Source: Acidobacteriota bacterium (GTDB lineage: Bacteria; Acidobacteriota; UBA890; WLXD01). From it: a stretch of 64,000 nucleotides of DNA. Below, in pieces: positions 1 to 12,187 of this stretch. The DNA is taken from positions 2,240,001 through 2,304,000 of the forward strand of contig CBDFKD010000002.1 of NCBI GenBank assembly GCA_965248695.1. Direction: 5' to 3'. The position numbers were made by a program, and so were the translations under genes. Under the pieces are notes generated by a model that was given only the letters and a program-made list of their open reading frames with translations, did no database searches and had not been told where the DNA came from. Each line of letters opens with the position of its first letter. Position 1 is the stretch's first letter.

Positions 1-88
1 ATTGGTGCAGGCGCGGTGACGGAGAGAGGTTGATTTTCTGGGTTTGGACGGGAGTCCGACCGGGCTTTGAGGCTTTCTTCTTGGTCAT
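1..88 (-). CDS. 5' part of small basic DNA-binding protein, ribbon-helix-helix-like (runs off window edge)
   Basis: ATG at 88 gives MTKKKASKPGRTPVQTQKINLSPSPRLHQ...; alternating hydrophobic strand then helix start; preceded by a perfect palindrome. Confidence 0.5.
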   Translation of the reverse strand, partial: MTKKKASKPGRTPVQTQKINLSPSPRLHQ

Positions 89-100
89 GGGTACGCGGCG

Positions 101-133
101 TCAATTACTAATTAGTAACTAATTAGTAATTGA
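101..133. promoter_or_regulatory. 33-bp AT-rich palindrome, putative operator
   Basis: TCAATTACTAATTAGT-A-ACTAATTAGTAATTGA: 16-bp arms pair perfectly; two ACTAATTAGT boxes 11 bp apart. Confidence 0.7.
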
Positions 134-164
134 AGAAAGTCGAAAACCCATGTAAAGTCAACCG

Positions 165-258
165 TTGAGAGCTACGTACAAGAGCGGTCGTCAGACCCCG
201 GCCCAAGGACCGCCAGCGAGGTACACGCTGGTCTTAAGGCGTGGCTCTTATTTTGTTG
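165..258 (-). ncRNA. Candidate DUF3800-associated structured RNA (three-way junction on a closing stem)
   Basis: Stems found by eye: 240-248/168-176, 232-236/179-183, 226-231/213-218, 208-212/185-189; A-rich leader immediately after the DUF3800 stop. Confidence 0.6.
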
Positions 259-260
259 TC

Positions 261-1119
261 TTACCCTTCGGGCGCTTGCCACATCACTCGATGTCGCAGC
301 GGAATCTTGACGATTCCGAAGCCCTGAATCCGGCGGTCGTGTCCCTGCCGGAATTTGGGCAACAGACGATGAAGCCACGGGTACACCGTGAGTTCTCCGC
401 TTGGGTCCTCCCAGGCGGCACCGTGGTCGCGGAACTGGCGGAGCACGTTGTAGGCAACTACGTCTGCGGCTTGAACCATGTGGCTGTGCGCGGAGTTAAC
501 AAATCGCAGGCGTCCCGCCAAACACGAGAAGTCGAATCGCCTGTCGGGGCGAAGAAGGGTCGAACCGGTGCTCTTGAGCTGTTCGTGGTGTCGACTAAGG
601 TTGTCTCGGTATGGGGTGCCCTTGGGAGTCTTCCCGCTCGTGTCGTCCATCGTGACGGAGAAACGTACCCCCGCGTATCCGCATTTCTAGCTCTGCCCGT
701 TGCGCCAACGATTCATAAGCAACGGCATACGGGTACCATGTGTTATCCGGGTAGTCTTCCTGCATGTGGAGCTTGTCGACCACCGTGGCGATGAACTGCA
801 CCCCCTCGAATGACTCAAGCTCGCGGTAGTAGTTCTCGACGAACTCGTCTAGCAACTCATCGTTGATCCCATAGGCGTCGAGGTACATCGCTTGTCGGGC
901 ATTAGGAATCCGCAGCCAGTTCGACTTGATCTCAACGGCTTCATCGCCGAAGGTCGCTAGTTTCCGTGCACAGAGGCGATTGATTAGGCTGCTTGCGCGG
1001 CCTGTTTCGATGAGAATTGCTCCATAGACGAAGTGGCGGGAATTGTGGGCACCGTAACCCCCGTTCGGGGCGTACTCCTTCATCCCCGAGTCGTCTACAA
1101 AGAGAATATGGTCCGCCAT
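261..1119 (-). pseudogene. DUF3800 family (RNase H-like fold) protein with a one-base frameshift near 660
   Basis: N-terminal LFVDDSG and EIKS; C-terminal S-x4-QAADVVAY; the two ORFs join as GGTFSVTMDD if one base is removed. Confidence 0.8.
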
Positions 1120-1198
1120 TCCGCGCCACCCCTCGTGGGCGTACTCATCCGATCGAACGCCCTTGCCATCGCCCACCCCTTGATGGCAACCTAGCAAT

Positions 1199-1450
1199 AT
1201 GCCTAAACGGTCAAGCAGCTCTGAAGATCCTAACATCTTGGCCGCTCGCATCGTCGCCCAGACGACAGCCGAGCCTTTGTCCGACGAAGACGCTCGGAAG
1301 CTCGCCGCACGGCTGCTGGGCCGCCGGGGCGGCCTCAAAGGCGGACCCGCACGCGCCAAGAGCTTGTCTGCGAAGCGCCGGAGCGCGATAGCCAAGCAAG
1401 CCGCGAAGGCTCGCTGGAAGAAGCACAAACCCGCCGCCGGCGACGCCTGA
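1199..1450 (+). CDS. Small basic protein (GRRGGLKGGPARAKSLS..RRSAIAKQAAKARW family) typical of mobile-element cargo
   Basis: 83-aa ORF with the characteristic motif; divergent from DUF3800. Confidence 0.75.
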   Translation: MPKRSSSSEDPNILAARIVAQTTAEPLSDEDARKLAARLLGRRGGLKGGPARAKSLSAKRRSAIAKQAAKARWKKHKPAAGDA

Positions 1451-1490
1451 CTACTAGCAGCTCGATCCATCTTCTTGGATCGACGGTTTT

Positions 1491-1508
1491 TCAAACTGAC
1501 CCACTACC
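1491..1508. mobile_element. Terminal inverted repeat of an IS1-like element (right boundary of cargo region 1-1508)
   Basis: TCAAACTGACCCACTACC; reverse complement GGTAGTGGGTCAGTTTGA resembles IS1-type GGTnnT termini; partner end outside the window. Confidence 0.55.
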
Positions 1509-1793
1509 CGACTGCGGCCCCAGCGGGTCCGGTCGGGCGACACGGTGGCGCAGCGGCTGGACCACTCCCGATGGCGCACGTAGCCGCTAGGCGTGCCGGC
1601 GCCAACTCGCTACCGCGGTTTTCGTGTCTTGTTTGCCTTCTTTCGGTGCTTTTTTCCCCGCGGCTGGCCATTGTACAGCGTCACTTTTTCTGTGCTATAT
1701 TCCCGCATCTTGCGGCGCGGACTTCAGCCTCCCAGGCCTACGCGCGCGAGGCTCTTGTAGCGTAAACGTCCATGATCGCTACGTTTTTAGTGT

Positions 1794-1825
1794 TTTTTCA
1801 CAGGTGTGGATAAGTCTGTGAAAAT
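1794..1825. promoter_or_regulatory. DnaA box cluster upstream of dnaA
   Basis: Perfect TGTGGATAA at 1805-1813; degenerate TTTTTCACA 1794-1802 and TGTGAAAAT 1817-1825. Confidence 0.85.
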
Positions 1826-1891
1826 TCGCGGGGTGGGCAGCGCCGCCGTCCGCCGTCCGCGACACCGGTGCCTGGCGGACTCGAGGGCGGG

Positions 1892-3244
1892 ATGGACACC
1901 TGGGCGCGAATCCTCTCGCGTATTGAGAACAAGCTCGACCCACAGACCTTCGAGACCTGGTTCCGGCCCACGGCGCTTCTCCGCGAGCAAGACGGTGGGC
2001 TCGATGTCGCCGTTCCGAATGAGGTCTTCAGGGACTGGTTGACACAGAAATACGCCACGCTGATCCGGGAGTCCCTGGAGGAGTTCCCGGGAGCCCCGAC
2101 CGATATTCGCTTCTTCGTCGCCGGGCTGGAGGCTGGTTCGTCGCCCGGCGAACCATCGCCGGAGACCTCCAGCGACAATCGTCTAGGCACCGATCCCCGG
2201 CCTGCGGTAGCCAGCGACCGGCCTGCCACCCTGAATCCGAAATACACCTTTGAGTCTTTTGTGGTCGGCGCCTCGAACCAGTTTGCCAACGCCGCCGCCC
2301 GTGCTGTTGCCGAGCGCCCATCGTTGTCGTACAACCCGCTCTTCATCTATGGCGGTGTCGGGATGGGCAAGACTCATCTCATGCTTGCCATCGGGCATCA
2401 CATTCGGCGGGTGCAGCCGGAACTGAAGATCGTCTACCTGTCATCTGAACGCTTCATGAACGAGCTCATCAACTCGATCCGATACGACCGGACGCACGAG
2501 TTTCGCGTTCGCTATCGCAATATTGACGTCTTGCTCATGGACGACATCCAGTTCCTGGCGGGAAAGGAGCGCACCCAGGAGGAGTTTTTCCACACGTTCA
2601 ACGCCCTCCATGAGGAACAGCGCCAGATCGTCGTTACGAGCGACGCGCCGCCGAAGGAGATTCCCACCCTCGAGGAGCGCCTGCGCTCGCGATTCGAGTG
2701 GGGCCTCCTTGCAGACATCCAGCCTCCGGACCTAGAGACCAAGATCGCCATTCTGAAGAAGAAGGCTGAGGCCGAGTCTCCTGCCCTGTTAATCGCCGAT
2801 GACGTGCTGCTTTACGTCGCAACACACAGCAAATCGAATATCCGCGAGCTCGAGGGAGCCCTCATCCGACTCCTGGCTTTTGCGTCCCTTACTGGCGAGG
2901 AGATTACCGTCGAGCTGGCCCGGCGCGTGTTGAAAGACACCCTCAAGACGGAACCGCGCGTCATCACCATCGAGAGCATTCAACAGCGGGTTTCGGAATA
3001 CTACGGGCTGCGCGCAGGGGAGCTAAACTCGCGCAGCAATGCCCGGCGCGTAACCAGGCCTAGACAGGTCGCCATGTACCTGTCGAAGAAGCTGACGCAC
3101 CATTCCTACCCTGCGATCGGCCAAGCTTTCGGGGGAAAACACCACAGCACGGTTATCCATTCAGTGCGCAAGGTTCAAGCCGACATGTCCGGCGACGAGG
3201 ACCTCGAACGCGGGGTCGCCGGGCTGCTTGACTCGTTTCAGTAG
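1892..3244 (+). CDS. dnaA: Chromosomal replication initiator DnaA
   Basis: LNPKYTFESFVVG, YNPLFIYGGVGMGKTHL, DDIQFL, RELEGAL, C-terminal HTH; alternative GTG start at 1868. Confidence 0.99.
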   Translation: MDTWARILSRIENKLDPQTFETWFRPTALLREQDGGLDVAVPNEVFRDWLTQKYATLIRESLEEFPGAPTDIRFFVAGLEAGSSPGEPSPETSSDNRLGTDPRPAVASDRPATLNPKYTFESFVVGASNQFANAAARAVAERPSLSYNPLFIYGGVGMGKTHLMLAIGHHIRRVQPELKIVYLSSERFMNELINSIRYDRTHEFRVRYRNIDVLLMDDIQFLAGKERTQEEFFHTFNALHEEQRQIVVTSDAPPKEIPTLEERLRSRFEWGLLADIQPPDLETKIAILKKKAEAESPALLIADDVLLYVATHSKSNIRELEGALIRLLAFASLTGEEITVELARRVLKDTLKTEPRVITIESIQQRVSEYYGLRAGELNSRSNARRVTRPRQVAMYLSKKLTHHSYPAIGQAFGGKHHSTVIHSVRKVQADMSGDEDLERGVAGLLDSFQ

Positions 3245-3462
3245 ACGGGTTTTCAACAGAGCAGGGGACAATAGAGCTGTTAGCGTTCAGTGGACCATGG
3301 GTTCACCCGGCCCATCCGCATGGTTACGGCTTATGATCCGCCGCTGCCTACGGTTCGTAACGTACTGAAAACAAACACGTTTCTGGAATACTAACAGCGT
3401 CAACAAGGCCTACTACTAATACGATAAACAGGCCCTAAAGAAGAATAGGAGAAGACTAGGAA
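3245..3462. other. Putative oriC (dnaA-dnaN spacer) with DnaA-trio unwinding region
   Basis: Degenerate boxes (TTTTCAACA 3250-3258), then GTCAACA-AGGCC-TACTACTAATAC at 3399-3422, matching the box-GC-trio layout. Confidence 0.75.
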
Positions 3463-4569
3463 ATGAAGTTCACGGTCCAGAGGGACGCACTCGAACAAGA
3501 GTTGCAGGTCCTCCAGGGCATTGCCGAGAAACGCAAGACCATTCCGATCCTCTCTCACATTCTCATCTCGGCACACGAGGACCATCTTTCCCTCGTCGCG
3601 ACCGATCTAGAAGTGAGCCTGAGCACACGCTGTCCGGCCATGACCTCAGATCCGGGGGGAACGACGGTCAGCTCGAAGAAGCTGTACGAAGTGGTCCGAT
3701 CGCTGCCTGCCGTCGAGATACATATGAGCTCGGATGCAGACGAGTGGCTAGAGATCCGCTCCGGAGACTCCTACTTCCGACTCGTGTCTTTGCCGACGAC
3801 GGATTTCCCCGAGGTTCCGGGTAGCAACTTCGACTCGGCGGCAGAGATCCCACACGCATTATTTCGCGAGATGATCCGCCGCACCTTGTTCGCCGTCACG
3901 AAGGAGGATGTCCGGTATTCGCTCAACGGGGCGCTGCTCGAGATCGGAGGCGGGAAAGTACGGATGGTGGCAACCGATGCCCACCGCCTGGCCATGGTCG
4001 AGCACGACGATGCCGACCTCGGCACGCAAACGGAAGTGCGCGCCATCATCCCGAAGAAGGCCCTGGCAGAGATCCGCGATCTGGGCGAGCCGGAGACGAT
4101 GCTCTTCGCACAAGACGAGCATCATCTCCACTTCCAGATCGAACACCGAGTGCTGTCCGCGCGCGTCATCGAGGGCCAGTTTCCTGCTTACGAGAAGGTC
4201 ATTCCGCAAGAGAACCCGGCCTGCGTCATCTTCGCCAGCGACGCGATGGGAGAGGCTATTCGTCGCGTCAGCCTATTGTCTTCCGAGCGCTCCAAAGCGG
4301 TCAAATTCACCTTCACCAGCGGAACGGCGACGATCGTCTCGAGCAACCCGGAATTGGGCGAAGCGCGAGAGTCCGTGCCCGTCCAATACGAGGGTGACGA
4401 GCTGACGGTCAGCTTTAACGCCCAGTATATTCTCGACTTCTTGGCGGTGGCCGCCAGCAACGAAATCGAGGCCCATCTACGCGACGACTCGAGCCAGGGA
4501 TTGATGTCGCCCGCCGCAGCTGAAGACGGTCCGACGTACCAGTACGTCATCATGCCGATGCGTCTCTAA
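3463..4569 (+). CDS. dnaN: DNA polymerase III beta clamp
   Basis: ATDLE, ATDAHRLA, FNAQYILD, YVIMPMRL. Confidence 0.99.
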   Translation: MKFTVQRDALEQELQVLQGIAEKRKTIPILSHILISAHEDHLSLVATDLEVSLSTRCPAMTSDPGGTTVSSKKLYEVVRSLPAVEIHMSSDADEWLEIRSGDSYFRLVSLPTTDFPEVPGSNFDSAAEIPHALFREMIRRTLFAVTKEDVRYSLNGALLEIGGGKVRMVATDAHRLAMVEHDDADLGTQTEVRAIIPKKALAEIRDLGEPETMLFAQDEHHLHFQIEHRVLSARVIEGQFPAYEKVIPQENPACVIFASDAMGEAIRRVSLLSSERSKAVKFTFTSGTATIVSSNPELGEARESVPVQYEGDELTVSFNAQYILDFLAVAASNEIEAHLRDDSSQGLMSPAAAEDGPTYQYVIMPMRL

Positions 4570-4654
4570 CAGGTTCTCCATAAGTAATTATAAACAAACA
4601 ACTTATACAGAAACCTCTCGCCCTCCACGGCTATCCATTCCGGGCGAAAAAGAG

Positions 4655-4660
4655 TATAAT
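4655..4660 (+). promoter_or_regulatory. Possible sigma70 -10 element for gyrB
   Basis: TATAAT in a GC-rich intergenic region upstream of gyrB. Confidence 0.4.
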
Positions 4661-4754
4661 TCCAGTGTGCCGAGCGAAACGCATCGTGCGCCTGGAAAAC
4701 GCCGAGGTTTCGATCCTGTTCGAGCCTCGGGTGGGCGAAACTGAGCGCATGTAG

Positions 4755-7319
<2,565 letters not shown>

Positions 7320-7374
7320 CGGCAGCGCGGCAGGCTTCAGGCCCCGCGAGTCGGCGTAGACACCCGGAGAGACG

Positions 7375-9852
7375 ATGGACGTAATCGAACACAAGATGCC
7401 CGTCCCGGTAGAGGACGAGGTTCGTCGGTCGTATCTCGACTACGCCATGAGCGTCATCGTCGGCCGCGCGCTCCCCGACGTGCGCGACGGGCTCAAGCCG
7501 GTGCACCGGCGAGTCCTGTTCGCCATGCAGCAGCTGAACAACGGCTGGAACCAGGCGTACAAAAAGAGCGCCCGCATCGTCGGTGACGTGATCGGGAAGT
7601 ACCACCCGCACGGCGACCAGGCCGTCTACGACTCGATCGTCCGCATGGCGCAGGATTTCGCCATGCGCCACATGCTCGTTGACGGGCAGGGAAACTTCGG
7701 CTCCCTGGACGGAGACCCGCCGGCGGCGATGCGGTACACCGAGGTCCGCATGACCAGGCTGGCCTCAGAGTTGCTGGCGGACATCGACAAAGAAACGGTC
7801 GATTTCAGCGCCAACTACGATGACTCTCTCGAGGAGCCCAAGGTTCTGCCCGCGAAGTTCCCGGCGCTGCTGGTGAACGGCTCCTCGGGCATCGCGGTGG
7901 GAATGGCGACCAATATCCCACCCCACAATCTCGGCGAGATCGTCGACGCCACGGTGGCGCTGATCCGCAACCCCGAGATCTCCGTGATGGATCTCATGCA
8001 GCATGTCCGGGGCCCCGATTTCCCCACCGCCGGGATCATCTACGGTGCCGGCGGCATCGTCGAGGCCTACCGTAGCGGTCGCGGCATCATCCGCGTCAGG
8101 GCGCGCGCCGACATCGAGCGCGCAGCTTCGAGCCGTGAGCGGGACCGGGTCGTCCTCACCGAGGTGCCGTATCAGGTAAACAAGGCGCGCCTGATCGAGC
8201 AGATTGCCGGGCTGGTGAAGAACAAGAAGCTCGAGGGAATCGCCGACCTGCGTGATGAGAGCAGTCGCGAAGGCGTGCGCGTCGTCATCGAGCTACGCAA
8301 GGGCGAGGAGCCCGACGTCATCCTGAACAACCTGTACAGCCAGACAGCGATGACGAGCACCTTTGGCATCATCATGCTGGCGATTCGAGATGGCGCGCCG
8401 GAGGTGATGACCCTCAAGGAAATGCTCGGGGCGTTCGTCGCTCACCGCCGCGAGGTAATCACCCGCCGGACGCTCTTCGATCTGAAACGCGCTGAGGCGC
8501 GGGCGCACATTCTCGAGGGGCTCAAGATCGCGCTCGATCACCTCGACGAGATCATCGCGCTGATTCGCGGCTCGAAGAATGCGGAGATTGCCCGCGCCGG
8601 CATGGTCAAGCGGTTCTCGATGTCCGAGACCCAGGCTCAGGCCGTTCTGGATATGCGCCTGCAACGGCTGACCGGCCTCGAGCGTCAGAAGATCATCGAC
8701 GATCTGAAAGAGACCTTGGCCGTTATCGAGGGCCTGGAAGACATCCTCGCTTCGGAACGAAGAATTCTCGACATCATCGTTACCGAGCTCGAGGAGATCA
8801 AAGCTGCCTACAGCGACCCTCGGCGTACGGAGATCGTCAACGACGCGCGCGACTTCACCGTCGAGGACCTGATTGCCGAAGAAGACATGGTGGTGACATG
8901 CAGCCACGCCGGCTACGTCAAGCGAACCCCGCTCAGCCTCTACCGTCAGCAGCGGCGTGGAGGCAAGGGACGCATCGGCGCGGTCACCAAAGAGGGTGAT
9001 TTCGTCGAACACCTGTTCGTCGCATCGACGCACGCTTACGTCATGGTGTTCACCGAGTTCGGCATGGCGTATTGGTTGAAGGTCTACAACCTGCCGCAAG
9101 GCGGGCCGGCGACGCGTGGCAAGGCCATCGTCAACTTGCTGCCGCGTCTCGACAAAGGCGACTCCGCGGCAGCGATTCTGCCAGTGGCGGAATTCGAACC
9201 GGGCAAGCACATACTGTTCGCCACTGAGCAGGGGCTGGTGAAGAAGACCGAGTTGACCGCCTTCTCGCATCCCAAAATCACGGGAATCATCGCCATCAAG
9301 ATCCAGGAAGGCGACCGTCTTCTGGCCGCCAAGATCACCGACGGCGATCAGGACATCATCATCGGCACCTACCAGGGCAAGGCGATCCGTTTCTCGGAAG
9401 GAGACGCCCGCCCCATGGGCCGCAGCACGATGGGCGTCAAGGGTATCCAGTTGTCCGAGGGTGACATCGTCGTCGGCGCCGATACCGTTCGCGGCAACGT
9501 CGGCACGATCTTGTCAGTCACCGAGCACGGCTACGGCAAGCGCACTGCAGTGAGCCAGTATCGCCGGCAGCGGCGTGGCGGGATGGGCCTGATCGACATC
9601 AAGACGTCGCCGCGCAACGGGCCGGTTGTGGGGCAGCGGGTGGTCTCGGGTGATGACGACGTCATGTTGATCAGCCAGGGCGGCAAGCTCATCCGGATTC
9701 CGACCGCCGGAGTCAAGGAGCAGGGGCGCAACACGCAGGGCGTCAAGGTCATCGATCTCGGGGACGACGACCGCGTCGTGGCGGTGGCGCGCCTGGCTGA
9801 GTCCGAGACCACCGAAGCCACCGAAGCCACCGAGGCCACCGACGAGGAATAA
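7375..9852 (+). CDS. gyrA: DNA gyrase subunit A
   Basis: [21 protein letters not shown], GyrA box QRRGGKG. Confidence 0.99.
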   Translation: MDVIEHKMPVPVEDEVRRSYLDYAMSVIVGRALPDVRDGLKPVHRRVLFAMQQLNNGWNQAYKKSARIVGDVIGKYHPHGDQAVYDSIVRMAQDFAMRHMLVDGQGNFGSLDGDPPAAMRYTEVRMTRLASELLADIDKETVDFSANYDDSLEEPKVLPAKFPALLVNGSSGIAVGMATNIPPHNLGEIVDATVALIRNPEISVMDLMQHVRGPDFPTAGIIYGAGGIVEAYRSGRGIIRVRARADIERAASSRERDRVVLTEVPYQVNKARLIEQIAGLVKNKKLEGIADLRDESSREGVRVVIELRKGEEPDVILNNLYSQTAMTSTFGIIMLAIRDGAPEVMTLKEMLGAFVAHRREVITRRTLFDLKRAEARAHILEGLKIALDHLDEIIALIRGSKNAEIARAGMVKRFSMSETQAQAVLDMRLQRLTGLERQKIIDDLKETLAVIEGLEDILASERRILDIIVTELEEIKAAYSDPRRTEIVNDARDFTVEDLIAEEDMVVTCSHAGYVKRTPLSLYRQQRRGGKGRIGAVTKEGDFVEHLFVASTHAYVMVFTEFGMAYWLKVYNLPQGGPATRGKAIVNLLPRLDKGDSAAAILPVAEFEPGKHILFATEQGLVKKTELTAFSHPKITGIIAIKIQEGDRLLAAKITDGDQDIIIGTYQGKAIRFSEGDARPMGRSTMGVKGIQLSEGDIVVGADTVRGNVGTILSVTEHGYGKRTAVSQYRRQRRGGMGLIDIKTSPRNGPVVGQRVVSGDDDVMLISQGGKLIRIPTAGVKEQGRNTQGVKVIDLGDDDRVVAVARLAESETTEATEATEATDEE

Positions 9853-9871
9853 TTGCGCCCAGGCCTGCCGG

Positions 9872-12142
9872 CTACGCTAGCAGTTGAAGCTTGGCGTACT
9901 TGGCGATCAGCTGTTTGGTGCCGGCGCGCGCGAAGGCTACGGTCAGCTTCAGCGAATCGCCGCTCCCCTGCGTCCCGGTGATCCTGCCGGCGCCAAACAT
10001 CGGATGGAAGATCGACACCCCTTCGACCAGACGCTCGCTCGATGCCGGGATGCCGGAGCCGCGCGCGTCAGGATCGACGGGTGGTCGCTTTCGGCGGGCG
10101 CCGCGCCGCCCGGCGCCAGAGTGTCTCGCCCGCCGGGTACGATCCGGTGTCGCACGGCGGCCGCGCTGCTGTGAGATCTCGACCACAGCCTGCGGCTCCT
10201 CGTGCGCCACGACCAGGCCCGGATCGATCTCGCTGATGAATCGGGACGGCAGCTGGAACCGCTCACGGCCGTGGACGCGGCGCATGCGGGCGGTGCTCAG
10301 GAACAGCTCTTGGCGCGCCCGCGTCATGGCGACATAGGCCAGCCTACGCTCTTCTTCGACCTGTCCACCGTCGATCGCGGAGCGCATCGGAAACAGACCT
10401 TCCTCGAGCCCGGCAACGAACACGTGTGCGAACTCCAGGCCTTTGGCGGAGTGCACCGTCATCAACGCCACTCCCGCGGTACCGCGGGTGGTATCGGCGT
10501 CGGAGATCAACGCAGTGCGATCCAGAAACGTCCCGGCCGACCTGCCGGCAGGCTCTTCATCGCCGGCGAGCTCGACCGCCGAGGCGATCAACTCGTCGAC
10601 GTGAGCGAGCCGTTCCTCCCCATCCTCGCGACTTCGAAGCAGCGCACGGTAGCCGCTTCGTTCCAGCAGCAGCTCAAGGAGCTCTCCTAGCGGTGTGTCG
10701 TCAATGCGCCGGCGCAGATCCGCGATCAGCTGGCCAAAGACGACCAGGCCACCGACTGCACGGCCGCGGCACCCGAGGACGCGGAGCCGTTCCTCCGGGT
10801 CCGCGGCTTGAACCGCCTCCAGCAACGCGGCGACCGAGGAACCGTCGTTGGCCGCCAGCGCCTCGATGTTGGCCGGACCGACGCCACGTGACGGCGTTGC
10901 CACGGCGCGCGCGAAGGCCGCGTCGTCGTCGGCTACGAGCAGGCGCAGATAGGCGAGCAAGTCTTTGACCTCGGCGCGGCGGAAGAACGTCTGGCCACCG
11001 AGAACGCGGAACGGAATCCCCCTCCCCGCGAGCTCCTCTTCGAAGGGTCGAGACTGTGCGTTCGTGCGATACAGAATCGCCATGGCGTCAGGCGCCACAT
11101 TCGCGGCAATCGCTGCAGCGATGTGTTTCGCGATCCAGACCGCCTCGCTGCGCTCCGTGGCGCAGAGCATGTAGGTGGGCTTGCTGTCGCCCGGATTCTC
11201 GGTCCAGAGCTTCTTTCCGAGGCGCTCGCTGTTACGAGCGACCAGTGATCCGGCGGCGGCGAGAATCGGCTGCGTCGAACGATAGTTTTGCTCCAGCCGC
11301 ACGATGGTGGCGTCCGGGAAGTCGTCGCGAAACTCGAGCACGTTGGCAATATCGGCGCCGCGCCACCGGTAGATCGACTGGTCCTCATCGCCTACTACCA
11401 TGAGCGATCCGCCGTCATCGCGCAGCGCGCTCACGAGCCGGTATTGCGTCCGGTTGGTGTCCTGGTACTCGTCGATGAGCAGGTGTCGAAAACGCGTCGG
11501 GTCGGCGGCGACGCTACCGGCACCTATCAAGCGCAGCGGCAGCGCCAGCAGATCATCGAAGTCGACAGCGTTATCGGTGCGCATGTCGGCGCGGTACCTC
11601 TCGTAGATCCGTGCCGCCGCACGCTGCTCCGACGAGCGTCCCGGGCTGTCCCAGGCCCGCGGATCCTCCAGCTGATTCCGCGCGCGGCTGCACATCTCGT
11701 ACAGCATGGCCGGCCGCATCTCGCTCGCATCAACACGCGCGGCGGCCTGGCACCGTCGCCAGACCGCCAGCGAATCGCCGCGATCGTAGACCGCGAACCC
11801 GCGGCGTGGGGCGCCGTCGGCGCCAGCGGCGTCGCGCAGGATGCGCAATCCGAGAGCGTGGAACGTGAGCACCCAAACATCCGCCGCAGTCGCTCCCGCC
11901 AGCTGCTGGAGCCGTGTGCGCATCTCGCCGGCGGCCTTGTTGGTGAACGTCACGGCACATATAGAGGAAGCCGGAGCGATGCCCTCGGCAAGCAGCCAGG
12001 CAATGCGATACGTGATGACGCGCGTCTTGCCCGAGCCGGCGCCAGCAAGCACAAGGCACGGACCGCCATCGTGGGTGACGGCGCGGTGCTGCTCGGCGTT
12101 GAGGTTGCCGGATAGGTCGGCGCGCAGATCGTGCTGATTCAC
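9872..12142 (-). CDS. pcrA: UvrD/PcrA ATP-dependent DNA helicase
   Basis: AGAGSGKT, DEYQD, VGDEDQSIY, TVHSAKGLEF, C-terminal Tudor-like HPMFG. Confidence 0.95.
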   Translation of the reverse strand: MNQHDLRADLSGNLNAEQHRAVTHDGGPCLVLAGAGSGKTRVITYRIAWLLAEGIAPASSICAVTFTNKAAGEMRTRLQQLAGATAADVWVLTFHALGLRILRDAAGADGAPRRGFAVYDRGDSLAVWRRCQAAARVDASEMRPAMLYEMCSRARNQLEDPRAWDSPGRSSEQRAAARIYERYRADMRTDNAVDFDDLLALPLRLIGAGSVAADPTRFRHLLIDEYQDTNRTQYRLVSALRDDGGSLMVVGDEDQSIYRWRGADIANVLEFRDDFPDATIVRLEQNYRSTQPILAAAGSLVARNSERLGKKLWTENPGDSKPTYMLCATERSEAVWIAKHIAAAIAANVAPDAMAILYRTNAQSRPFEEELAGRGIPFRVLGGQTFFRRAEVKDLLAYLRLLVADDDAAFARAVATPSRGVGPANIEALAANDGSSVAALLEAVQAADPEERLRVLGCRGRAVGGLVVFGQLIADLRRRIDDTPLGELLELLLERSGYRALLRSREDGEERLAHVDELIASAVELAGDEEPAGRSAGTFLDRTALISDADTTRGTAGVALMTVHSAKGLEFAHVFVAGLEEGLFPMRSAIDGGQVEEERRLAYVAMTRARQELFLSTARMRRVHGRERFQLPSRFISEIDPGLVVAHEEPQAVVEISQQRGRRATPDRTRRARHSGAGRRGARRKRPPVDPDARGSGIPASSERLVEGVSIFHPMFGAGRITGTQGSGDSLKLTVAFARAGTKQLIAKYAKLQLLA

Positions 12143-12187
12143 GATAGGTGATCCCGTGCCGTCGCCGCCTGGCCGCCCGTCGATCGG

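Noticed and set aside
9811-9840. ACCGAAGCC tandem repeat at the gyrA 3' end
   Set aside because: Encodes the ordinary acidic low-complexity GyrA tail ([10 protein letters not shown]).
12143-12187. Tn7 insertion at attTn7 downstream of glmS
   Set aside because: Only 45 bp separate glmS from the helicase gene; the site is empty.
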